From NCBI GenBank assembly GCA_946803585.1, contig CAMPEQ010000005.1, positions 91,607-155,606 of the forward strand: 64,000 nucleotides of DNA, given 5' to 3'. Position numbers and translations under genes: made by a program. This document shows positions 38,078-45,980 of the stretch, piece after piece. The stretch's first letter is position 1, and the number at the start of each line of letters is the position of its first letter. Under the pieces are notes generated by a model. That model had not been told where the DNA came from. It saw only the letters and a list, made by a program, of their open reading frames with translations, and did not search any database. Source of the DNA: an uncultured Actinomycetes bacterium (lineage in GTDB: Bacteria; Actinomycetota; Actinomycetes; S36-B12; UBA10799).

Positions 38078-39781
38078 CTAACCTCGGGCAGGCTCGCGGT
38101 ACTCGCCCCACTCTTCGCGCAGGACGCCACAGATCTCGCCGAGAGTTGCCTCGGCCTGCACGGCCTGAAGCATGATGGGAACCAGGTTCTGCGTCCCGTT
38201 CGCGGCGACCCGCAACGCATCGAGTGACTCTTGTAGCGCCTGCGCATCCCGATCAGTTCGTCGAGCCGCCAGCGCCTCGTTCTGCGCCCGTTCGACCTCG
38301 TGCGAGACACGCATGATCTCCAGCGGCTCATCGAGTGCATCTGTGTGGATCGTGACGCCGACCTGGTGCTTCTCACCCTTCTCAAGGGCGATTTGGTAGG
38401 CGAACGCGGAATCGGCGATTTCTGAGGTGAACCAGCCATCCTCAATACCGGCCAAGATCCCAGCTGTCATCGGACCGATCGGATGCTCTTCATTGCGACC
38501 GCCTAGGTCAAGAATTCTGGCAAAGATTGCTTCAGCATCGGCCTCGATCTTGTCGGTTAGCGCCTCGATGTACCAGGATCCCCCCAGTGGATCTGCCACG
38601 TTGGTGACACCGATCTCCTCCATGATGACCTGCTGCGTGCGCAGGGCGATTTGGGCTGCCTTCTCACTCGGTAGCGCAAGGACCTCGTCCAGTGCATTGG
38701 TGTGCAGCGAGTTAGTTCCGCCAAGCACTCCGGCCAATGCCTCGATCGCAGTTCGCACGACGTTGTTATCCGGCTGTTGCGCCGTCAGCGACACCCCCGC
38801 AGTCTGGGTGTGGAACCGCAGCCACTGCGCCTTCTCGTCGGTGGCCCCGTAGACATCGCGCATCCAACGCGCCCAAATCCGGCGGGCGGCGCGGAACTTG
38901 GCGATCTCCTCGAAGAAGTCCAGATGGGCGTCAAAGAAGAACGACAATCCGGGGGCGAACTTGTTGACGTCTAGACCACGCGACTTACCTAGTTCAACGT
39001 AGCCAAATCCATCAGCGAGCGTGAATGCCAGCTCCTGGGCGGCAGTGGCTCCGGCCTCCCGAATGTGATACCCGGATACCGAGACCGGCTTGTAGCGCGG
39101 CATGTTCTCGTCGGTGTACTCCATCAAGTCGCCGATCAGGCGCAGATGCGGCTCGGGAGGGAAGATCCACTCCTTCTGCGCGATGTACTCCTTGAAGATG
39201 TCAGTTTGCAGCGTCCCGTCGAGCTGCGCTGGCTCGAATCCCTGTCGGCCCGCCGACGCCACCATCATGCAAAAGACGGGTACCGCGGGGCCATTGATGG
39301 TCATTGAGGTCGTGACGTCACCAAGGGGAATGTCGCTGAACAGCACGTCGGTATCAGTGACCGAATCAACCGCGACGCCACAGTGTCCGACTTCACCGAT
39401 CGCGCGTCCGTCATCGCTATCGCGGCCCATCAGGGTCGGCATATCGAAAGCCACCGACAGGCCATGGCCACCCGAGGCGAGAATCATCTTGTACCGCTCG
39501 TTGGTCTGCTCGGCGTTGCCAAACCCAGCGAACTGACGGATCGTCCAGTTCTTCCCGCGATAGCCGGTGGCATGTAGCCCACGGGTGAACGGGTACTCGC
39601 CGGGCCACCCGATTCGCTCGAATCCTTCAACGTCTTGACCGGTTGGCGGGCCGTAAACCGGATCTACTTCTTCGCCCGACAACGTCGTGAAGTCCGAGTC
39701 GCGCACTCGTCCCTTGGCCACTGACTCGTCAAATCTGAACTGCCAACGCTCTCTACCAGCTGCAATATCTCGCGAATCCAT
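38078..39781 (-). CDS. icmA: Acyl-CoA mutase large (substrate-binding) subunit, isobutyryl-CoA mutase IcmA-like
   Basis: Start trimmed to MDSRDIAAGRERWQ. FTRGLHATGYRGKNWTIRQFAGFGNAEQTNERYK and LQTDIFKEYIAQKEWIFPP carry the Phe/Gln pair characteristic of ICM. No B12-binding domain in this ORF. Confidence 0.8.
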   Translation of the reverse strand: MDSRDIAAGRERWQFRFDESVAKGRVRDSDFTTLSGEEVDPVYGPPTGQDVEGFERIGWPGEYPFTRGLHATGYRGKNWTIRQFAGFGNAEQTNERYKMILASGGHGLSVAFDMPTLMGRDSDDGRAIGEVGHCGVAVDSVTDTDVLFSDIPLGDVTTSMTINGPAVPVFCMMVASAGRQGFEPAQLDGTLQTDIFKEYIAQKEWIFPPEPHLRLIGDLMEYTDENMPRYKPVSVSGYHIREAGATAAQELAFTLADGFGYVELGKSRGLDVNKFAPGLSFFFDAHLDFFEEIAKFRAARRIWARWMRDVYGATDEKAQWLRFHTQTAGVSLTAQQPDNNVVRTAIEALAGVLGGTNSLHTNALDEVLALPSEKAAQIALRTQQVIMEEIGVTNVADPLGGSWYIEALTDKIEADAEAIFARILDLGGRNEEHPIGPMTAGILAGIEDGWFTSEIADSAFAYQIALEKGEKHQVGVTIHTDALDEPLEIMRVSHEVERAQNEALAARRTDRDAQALQESLDALRVAANGTQNLVPIMLQAVQAEATLGEICGVLREEWGEYREPARG

Positions 39782-39871
39782 GCTCGCCAGAGTACCTAGT
39801 GCATCTACAGGGCGGATCGGTCGACATACCAACCGAATCGCCCGGCAGATTCCCCTGTCATGCGACCAGGG

Positions 39872-40828
39872 TTAGGACAGGCCCTCAAGTAAGGTGTCGG
39901 CGGCAGCGTAGGGGTCGATCTTTGCAGCAACGACCTGGGCGGCAAGTTCCCGTAGCCGCTCATCACTTCCCACATCGCCGAGGCGCCGACGGATCGCAGC
40001 TAGTGCGATCGCCTCGACCTCTTCGGCTGCGCGGGTAGTGCGGCGGGCGGCGAGCTCACCGGATTTCGAGGCCCATTCGAAGTGCTCGGAGATAGCAGCT
40101 GCTTCCTCGGGCACTCCCTCCCCACGCGAGGCCACCGTCTTGAGTACCGGAGGCCGCCAGGCATCAGCGGGACGGTCAGCAAGTTGGATCATGTGGCGCA
40201 GTTCGCGGGAGGTAGCACTGGCACCGTCGCGATCTGCCTTGTTAACGACGAAGATGTCGCCGATCTCGAGAATGCCGGCCTTGGCCGCCTGAATCCCGTC
40301 GCCCATCCCCGGCGCCAACAGCACAATTACCGTGTCTGCGACACCAACGACCTCGATCTCGGACTGCCCAACGCCGACGGTCTCTAGAATGATGACGTCG
40401 AACCCGGCCGCGTCAAGGACTCGCAGCGCCTGTGGAGTCGACCACGAGAGCCCCCCGAGATGCCCTCGCGAGGCCATTGACCGGATGTAGACCCCTGGGT
40501 CAGAGGAGTGCTCCTGCATCCGGATTCGGTCACCGAGTAACGCGCCACCACTAAACGGCGATGATGGATCGATCGCAAGCACGCCGACTCGCTTACCTTC
40601 GGCTCGAAGCAGCGTCACAAGTGCCGATGTCGAGGTCGACTTACCCACACCAGGCGATCCGGTAATGCCGATAACGTGAGCACTACCGGTGAATGGCATC
40701 AAGGCGGACATGACTTCCCGCAACTGCGGAGAGGCATCCTCGACCAGCGAGATTAGCCGGGCGATTGCCCGCGGCTGACCCTCGCGCGCGGCCGCGATCA
40801 GCGCGTCAACATCTTGGCGTCGCGCCAT
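39872..40828 (-). CDS. meaB: Methylmalonyl-CoA-mutase-associated G3E GTPase MeaB
   Basis: Start trimmed to MARRQDVD. GITGSPGVGKST P-loop, VVNKADRDGA. Confidence 0.9.
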   Translation of the reverse strand: MARRQDVDALIAAAREGQPRAIARLISLVEDASPQLREVMSALMPFTGSAHVIGITGSPGVGKSTSTSALVTLLRAEGKRVGVLAIDPSSPFSGGALLGDRIRMQEHSSDPGVYIRSMASRGHLGGLSWSTPQALRVLDAAGFDVIILETVGVGQSEIEVVGVADTVIVLLAPGMGDGIQAAKAGILEIGDIFVVNKADRDGASATSRELRHMIQLADRPADAWRPPVLKTVASRGEGVPEEAAAISEHFEWASKSGELAARRTTRAAEEVEAIALAAIRRRLGDVGSDERLRELAAQVVAAKIDPYAAADTLLEGLS

Positions 40829-40836
40829 AGGGTGAC

Positions 40837-42027
40837 CTACTGTGCCGGACGACGCAGCAGCAGCGCAGACCCTTGTCCGCCACCGCCACATAGGGCAGCT
40901 GCTCCGAGTCCACCGCCGCGACGCTTCAGTTCCAGTGCGAGGCTGTAGGTGATCCGTGCGCCCGACATTCCCAAAGGATGTCCAAGTGCGATCGCCCCAC
41001 CGTGTGGGTTGACCATCTCTTCGGAGAATCCGAGTTGCTTAGCGGAGACGAGCCCGACCGCTGCGAATGCCTCATTCAGCTCAGCCACATCGATTTCCGA
41101 TGGGTTGATATCGGCCTTCTTACATGCATGCTCAATCGCTAGTGCGGGCTGAGCGTGTAGGGAGGGATTGTCTGGGCCGGCGACATTTCCGCTAGCGACG
41201 ATCTCGGCGAGCCAGGGCAAGCCAAGCTCTTCGGCCTTGCGCTTACTCATGACGACCACGGCACACGCGCCGTCAGAAATCTGCGATGCCGTACCGGCTG
41301 TGATCGTGCCCTCGCGGTCGAATGCGGGACGCAACTTGCCGAGGGACTCCGAGGTCGTTTCCGCACGGACGCCCTCGTCGTGGTTGAAAATCTTGGGGTC
41401 GCCTTTACGCTGCGGAATCTCGACATCGACGATCTCTTCGTCGAATACGCCGTTCTCCGCTGCCGCAGCTGCACGCTGATGTGACCGGGCGGCAAACTCG
41501 TCTTGTTCTTCGCGGGTCAGGCCGTAGAGCGAGTTGTAGCGCTCAGTGGATTCGCCCATCGCGCACTCGTCGAAGGCACAGGTCAGGCCATCGAAGGCCA
41601 TCGAGTCGGTGACCTTCCAGTCGCCGTACTTCTTGCCTTCACGCGAACCCATCAGTACGTGAGGCGCGTTCGTCATTGATTCCATTCCACCGGCAACGAT
41701 GATCTCGTGCTCTCCGGCGCGGATGAGTTGGTCGGCCAGTGCGATGGCGTCCATTCCTGACAGACACACCTTGTTGATGGTCAGGGCTGGGACATTCATC
41801 GGGATACCACCCTTGACGGCGGCCTGGCGACTGGTGATCTGCCCGGTTCCAGCTTGGAGGACGTGGCCCATAATCACGTAGTCGACTTGTTCGCCGTCTA
41901 CTCCGGATCGCTCGAGCGCTTCTTTGATGGCGAATCCGCCGAGGTCCGCGGCACTGAAGCCTTTAAGGGAGCCCAGCAGGCGTCCCATCGGAGTGCGAGC
42001 ACCGTCAACGATGACTGAACCGGTCAT
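40837..42027 (-). CDS. Acetyl-CoA C-acetyltransferase (thiolase II)
   Basis: 396 aa. [12 protein letters not shown] (active-site Cys), [26 protein letters not shown]. Confidence 0.9.
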   Translation of the reverse strand: MTGSVIVDGARTPMGRLLGSLKGFSAADLGGFAIKEALERSGVDGEQVDYVIMGHVLQAGTGQITSRQAAVKGGIPMNVPALTINKVCLSGMDAIALADQLIRAGEHEIIVAGGMESMTNAPHVLMGSREGKKYGDWKVTDSMAFDGLTCAFDECAMGESTERYNSLYGLTREEQDEFAARSHQRAAAAAENGVFDEEIVDVEIPQRKGDPKIFNHDEGVRAETTSESLGKLRPAFDREGTITAGTASQISDGACAVVVMSKRKAEELGLPWLAEIVASGNVAGPDNPSLHAQPALAIEHACKKADINPSEIDVAELNEAFAAVGLVSAKQLGFSEEMVNPHGGAIALGHPLGMSGARITYSLALELKRRGGGLGAAALCGGGGQGSALLLRRPAQ

Positions 42028-42077
42028 GAGTGGCTCCTAGGTTAGGCGAATTCGACGCTGTCCTGATCAAGGGGCCA

Positions 42078-42100
42078 AGCAGAGTCCGAGCAGAGTCCCG
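42078..42100. repeat. Tandem 11/12-nt repeat upstream of the thiolase operon
   Basis: gcagagtccga gcagagtcccga, followed by ttggagtca (a third GAGTC). Confidence 0.6.
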
Positions 42101-42160
42101 ATTGGAGTCATGGACCCGAGATCAGTTGCAGCACAGGGTATTCACCCTAACCAAATGGCA

Positions 42161-42201
42161 CAGTTCACCCCCACACCAGGTTGGGTGCGGGCGGTGAACT
42201 G
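42161..42201 (-). terminator. Long GC-rich hairpin, probable terminator of the small minus-strand ORF
   Basis: cagttcacccccacacc-aggtt-gggtgcgggcggtgaactg (9 bp + bulge + 3 bp + mismatch + 4 bp). Followed on the minus strand by TGCCATTTGGTT. Confidence 0.45.
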
Positions 42202-42223
42202 TGACGGGGGTCGCGCTAGTGGC

Positions 42224-42346
42224 TTAGGCCCAGAACATGGCACCTTCGTCGTCATGTGGCAGTCGATTCATCAGCATCTCAGTGATCTGATCGTCGGAAA
42301 GGTTTGGGTCTGTGGCGGTGCGAACGGCTTTTAGCATTTTCTTCAT
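42224..42346 (-). CDS. Candidate small protein (40 aa, or 37 aa from the second ATG), unknown function
   Basis: Manual translation MKKMLKAVRTATDPNLSDDQITEMLMNRLPHDDEGAMFWA*. GGAG lies 9 nt before the second ATG. Below the 60-aa cut-off of the ORF track. Confidence 0.3.
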   Translation of the reverse strand: MKKMLKAVRTATDPNLSDDQITEMLMNRLPHDDEGAMFWA

Positions 42347-42519
42347 CTCCGAATGGGTGAGCGAGCGTGTGACTCAGTTCATACATACCCACCGTGTCAT
42401 CAAACAAACACCCTGACTAGACCTACTCATCGGTAATAAGTGAAGGTCCTGTAAACGCCTCGAAACGCGTCTGTTTCCAGATCAGGTGTCGACGCTTACA
42501 GACTGAGTGCGCAAGGTCG

Positions 42520-42657
42520 CTAGACGCTACAAGTCGAGACGAAATACATCACGAGCGACATTCCGGCCAGGATCATGAACGCTGTCTTAGTGCGCTGGTC
42601 CTTAATGAAGTAGGACGCGACGAGGAACAACGGTGCAGCTAACAAATAGACGATCAA
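42520..42657 (-). CDS. Candidate 45-aa two-TM micro-protein
   Basis: TTG start with GGGAG 6 nt upstream. LIVYLLAAPLFLVASYFIKDQRTKTAFMILAGMSLVMYFVSTCSV*. Confidence 0.25.
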   Translation of the reverse strand: MIVYLLAAPLFLVASYFIKDQRTKTAFMILAGMSLVMYFVSTCSV

Positions 42658-42815
42658 CTCAGGCTCCCTGATATCGCGAACGAACTTGTCAGCGATCGTA
42701 TGGGGCGCCGCAACCTAATCCAAGCTCTGAACCGCAAGCACGCGCAGATTCTCCCAACGCCCTGATCGGGCCACTCGCCACCTCATTCACCCCGCCTCAA
42801 AGCGATACTGCTGTT

Positions 42816-43214
42816 ATGACGGAAATGACCCTCGAGAGCCTGCGGCAATCAAGTGACATGTTCTACGAGGCACTCGGCGCAGTCCTCGTCGGCGAGGTCG
42901 ATCCGATGCTTGAACTGCTGTCGTCTGCCGATGACGCCACATACCTGGGACCGATGGGTGAAGTCATTGTCGGTTGGGACGCGATCCGCGATGCTTGGAT
43001 CGCGCAAGCTCAGACCGAACTAGGAGGACGGGTCACTCCGTTTGACCGGCACTACAGCGTGACGGGTTCGATCGGGATTGTGGTTGGCTGGGAGAAGGGT
43101 GAACTACACCGAGGAATGCCCGGCGAGGTCAACATCCGCGCGACGAGCACCTACCGCCTGGAAGACGGCGCGGTCAAGATGATTGGTCACCAGACGGATC
43201 GACTTCCTGGCTGA
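42816..43214 (+). CDS. NTF2-like / SnoaL-like (DUF4440-like) small protein
   Basis: 132 aa, cone-like alpha+beta pattern. Call rests on composition and length only. Confidence 0.5.
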   Translation: MTEMTLESLRQSSDMFYEALGAVLVGEVDPMLELLSSADDATYLGPMGEVIVGWDAIRDAWIAQAQTELGGRVTPFDRHYSVTGSIGIVVGWEKGELHRGMPGEVNIRATSTYRLEDGAVKMIGHQTDRLPG

Positions 43215-44199
43215 TCCCACCCTCCGACTCTTGCTTACTCCAGCGCAGACGCCCCCACACCGGAACGAGTTCTCGAAGTCCCGGCCAGTGCGCGTTGATC
43301 AGTGCACCCAGCAGCACCAGAAACATCGCCAGGTAGGCAGTGATGAGCGTGCTGACTGCACCGGCGGCGATTCCGTAGACCGGTGAGGCCGAGCCCAACC
43401 CAGCGAACGCCAGCGATACACCCCAGGCCAACAATGCAAGGGTTACTGTCGAGAACACCGCGCCAGGAACGGCCGGCAGGTGACGCCCTGCCTTCGACGT
43501 GGCAAAGCGATAGGCAACCACGATGCCGCCGGTCAAGAGCACGAACGTCAGTGGCCACACGACCAGCGCGGAAACAAGAAACTGAGAGATGCCGGTAAGG
43601 TAGTCGTTGAGCCGACCGAGCCCAGCGAAACCGATCGCCAACAACCCCAGGCCGATCACTGCCGCAATACCTCCGACGAACGCTCGTACCCGACCCTTGA
43701 CGTACTTCAGATTCGGGATACCAAACGCGATCCTGATTGCTCGAGCCAGGTTGTAGGCACCGTTTGACACCGCCCACAATGCCAGCAGTAGTGAGATCAC
43801 CAACCCAAACGTCAGACTCGAGACGGTCGATCCGGCAACGTCCTGGGCTTGGGCGGAAATCAACGAAGTGATTGAGCCCGTCCCGGGTGCGTTGATCTCG
43901 TTGATCGCATTGACGATGTCCTCCGGGCTAAAGATCAGACCGAAAATATTCACCGCCGCGATGACGGTTGGAAAGAGGGCGATGACTAACCAGAAGGCAG
44001 CACCGGAGGCAACCAAACTAATCCGAGTTTGACCTTGCGCAACAATCACTTCCCGAACGAGTTGCACCCAGGCACTAATCGTCTGATGTCGATCCAGCCA
44101 GTCGTGGCCACGGGTCGTGACATCCTCGACCCATCCGACTGCTTCTTCCCGCTTGGATTCCAGCGGCGACGTCACAGCACACCGCGCAGTTGACGGCAT
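43174..44199 (-). CDS. YihY/BrkB family membrane protein
   Basis: 341 aa. LVASGAAFWLVIALFP...six TM helices typical of YihY. Confidence 0.7.
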   Translation of the reverse strand: MPSTARCAVTSPLESKREEAVGWVEDVTTRGHDWLDRHQTISAWVQLVREVIVAQGQTRISLVASGAAFWLVIALFPTVIAAVNIFGLIFSPEDIVNAINEINAPGTGSITSLISAQAQDVAGSTVSSLTFGLVISLLLALWAVSNGAYNLARAIRIAFGIPNLKYVKGRVRAFVGGIAAVIGLGLLAIGFAGLGRLNDYLTGISQFLVSALVVWPLTFVLLTGGIVVAYRFATSKAGRHLPAVPGAVFSTVTLALLAWGVSLAFAGLGSASPVYGIAAGAVSTLITAYLAMFLVLLGALINAHWPGLRELVPVWGRLRWSKQESEGGISQEVDPSGDQSS

Positions 44200-44276
44200 C
44201 GAAGAGGGCTCACAGAGTCACGATCCCATGCAGAGCGGGACGAACTACTCCCAAGAGTGAACTGACTGACCAACAG

Positions 44277-44849
44277 TTACTTTTCTGAACCGTCAGCTTC
44301 CTTTGCCGCAGCCTTAATGTCATCGGCGACGGCCTTGTCTACCGCTGACTCGACAACAGCATCTGCCTTGGCCAGAGCCTTCTGGATACGGACCGCGCCT
44401 GGGTCCGAGACCAGCGCGATGAGTCCCGAGTGGCCCGGCTCGATCGCGTCCTGGAGTTGCTCTGCGAGCTCCTTCTTGTGGTGGACTTGGCGAGCCTTAC
44501 CCGTCGCTGCACCTGCTGCACCCAGCACGGCAGCACTGCCGATAATTGACGGCGGGAAGATCACCCCGAGTACCACACCCCCAACGACTCCCCAACCGAG
44601 ACCTCGGCGGGTGCTGTGATCCGTTGCCTTCTGGACCTCCATCGTCCCGTCCGACTCGCGCTTGACAACGATCACGCCCTCGATCTCAACCGTGGCGCCG
44701 TCCTCAACGGACTTAAGCTCCTCGTACGCGGACCAAGCGGTGTCTACGTCGCCAAAGTCGGCAACGAACAACGTGTACGCGCCATCGCTGACTGCCGTGA
44801 TGTCTGCGTCGATGCCATCGGGATCAACTGGCGGGGTGATGTCGGACAT
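44277..44849 (-). CDS. DUF1269-like membrane protein (Gly-zipper TM flanked by soluble domains)
   Basis: 190 aa. GLGWGVVGGVVLGVIFPPSIIGSAAVLGAAGAATG. GGAGG SD. Confidence 0.55.
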   Translation of the reverse strand: MSDITPPVDPDGIDADITAVSDGAYTLFVADFGDVDTAWSAYEELKSVEDGATVEIEGVIVVKRESDGTMEVQKATDHSTRRGLGWGVVGGVVLGVIFPPSIIGSAAVLGAAGAATGKARQVHHKKELAEQLQDAIEPGHSGLIALVSDPGAVRIQKALAKADAVVESAVDKAVADDIKAAAKEADGSEK

Positions 44850-44992
44850 GAACGTTCCTCCTGGCGAGTGGGTGTTGGTGACTGTCTCGGGGTGACTCTA
44901 TGGCGACAAGTCGCCCGAATGTGAATCATCGTCAACCACTTGGCAGCAGCATCGGAGCGCGGCGCGAACGCTGGTCCCGACAGTGCGTTTCT

Positions 44993-45568
44993 CTATCCGT
45001 CGGACAAGCCCAGATCGATTGCCAGCCGGGTTAGTTCAGCGCGACGACGTAGGCCCGATCGATCGCGGATCCGATCAAGGTGGGAATGCACCGTCTTCAC
45101 CGAGATCGTGAGCTGATCGGCGATCTCGGTATCAGTCATTCCCTTGGCGAGCAGTCGCAGCACAGCTCGCTCCCGCTGGGTGAGGACCGGACCGGTTTGC
45201 TCCGCGTTCGAGGGACGAATAGTGCGTAGAACTGGATCGGGTGCGGATTCGCCTTCGCGCAGGCCCAGCTCAGACTCACCGATCGTGATGCTGTCACCGG
45301 GGTTGATCCGCATCTGAGTGCCAACCCGAACGCCATTGACAAAGGTGCCGTTACTACTTCCGAGATCCCTGATCCGCCAACCACTATCGATCCGCTCGAG
45401 AACGGCGTGACGACGTGATGCGGTCGTATCGCCGCTGAGCACGATGTCGTTCTCATCGGCTCGCCCGATCGATAGTCGCTGGCGCGTCAATGGAATCAGG
45501 TAGCAGTTTGCTCCCTTTCCGATCGCCAACGCATCCATAGCAAGTGATCTTATGTCCTGTTTGTCCAC
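44993..45568 (-). CDS. FHA domain + LuxR/GerE HTH fusion transcriptional regulator
   Basis: 191 aa. FHA: LSIGRADENDIVLSGDTTASRRHAVLE...IRDLGSSNGTFVNG. HTH: LTQRERAVLRLLAKGMTDTEIADQLTISVKTVHSHLDRI. Confidence 0.85.
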   Translation of the reverse strand: MDKQDIRSLAMDALAIGKGANCYLIPLTRQRLSIGRADENDIVLSGDTTASRRHAVLERIDSGWRIRDLGSSNGTFVNGVRVGTQMRINPGDSITIGESELGLREGESAPDPVLRTIRPSNAEQTGPVLTQRERAVLRLLAKGMTDTEIADQLTISVKTVHSHLDRIRDRSGLRRRAELTRLAIDLGLSDG

Positions 45569-45764
45569 CGAAGCGGATTATCCGCACACACCACTCGATT
45601 TAGCGAAATGCACCGCGAGGGCCTCGTGCCAACAAGATTCGTGCACCGGTTGGGTAGTTCTACCCCTCGTCGCCGCCGCGAATTCAAGACAACGTGTCAC
45701 TTGAGTACGGCAATAGGCCGACTCCGAGAACGAGCGAGTGGCGCAACACGACACGGAGGACATG

Positions 45765-45980
45765 ATGGGCGAGGAACGGTTCGGTGCGGCCCTACAGAAA
45801 TACGGCAAGGTTGTGTATCACGGCCAGGCACCTGCCCGGAATCGACGCAATCACGCCGGGGCACATTGCGATGGCGGTGGTTCGTGGCTACTCGGTGGAG
45901 CGGGGCGGTGTCACACCTGCGAATCGGACTTTGTCGACCTGCTGATGCGCCTGTTTGAGAAGGGGCAATGGAGCTTCTAG
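45765..45980 (+). CDS. Candidate 71-aa Cys/His-containing small protein
   Basis: GGAGG (45755-45759) 5 nt before the ATG. MGEERFGAALQKYGKVVYHGQAPARNRRNHAGAHCDGGGSWLLGGAGRCHTCESDFVDLLMRLFEKGQWSF*. GC3 near 70% as in neighbouring genes. Fills an otherwise empty 408-bp gap. Confidence 0.4.
   Translation: MGEERFGAALQKYGKVVYHGQAPARNRRNHAGAHCDGGGSWLLGGAGRCHTCESDFVDLLMRLFEKGQWSF

Noticed and set aside
42028-42160. Cobalamin riboswitch ahead of the thiolase-meaB-icmA operon
   Set aside because: No B12-box-like element was seen on the minus strand. The leader is only about 130 nt before the hairpin that belongs to the upstream small ORF.
42110-42334. 74-aa plus-strand ORF in the 42-kb gap
   Set aside because: It reads straight through the 41-nt hairpin, has no SD, and is antisense to a more protein-like small ORF that has a GGAG.
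43174-43214. Convergent 3'-end overlaps (43174-43214, 24980-25003, 32845-32859, 6762-6774, 45977-45980) as antisense regulatory devices
   Set aside because: Short convergent overlaps are common in compact high-GC genomes, and nothing specific supports regulation. Some may shrink once true stops and starts are verified.
45608-45958. 116-aa plus-strand and 76-aa minus-strand ORFs in the kinase/FHA-LuxR gap
   Set aside because: Both are Arg/Cys-rich alternative frames without an SD. The 71-aa frame with the GGAGG is preferred, though it is itself unproven.
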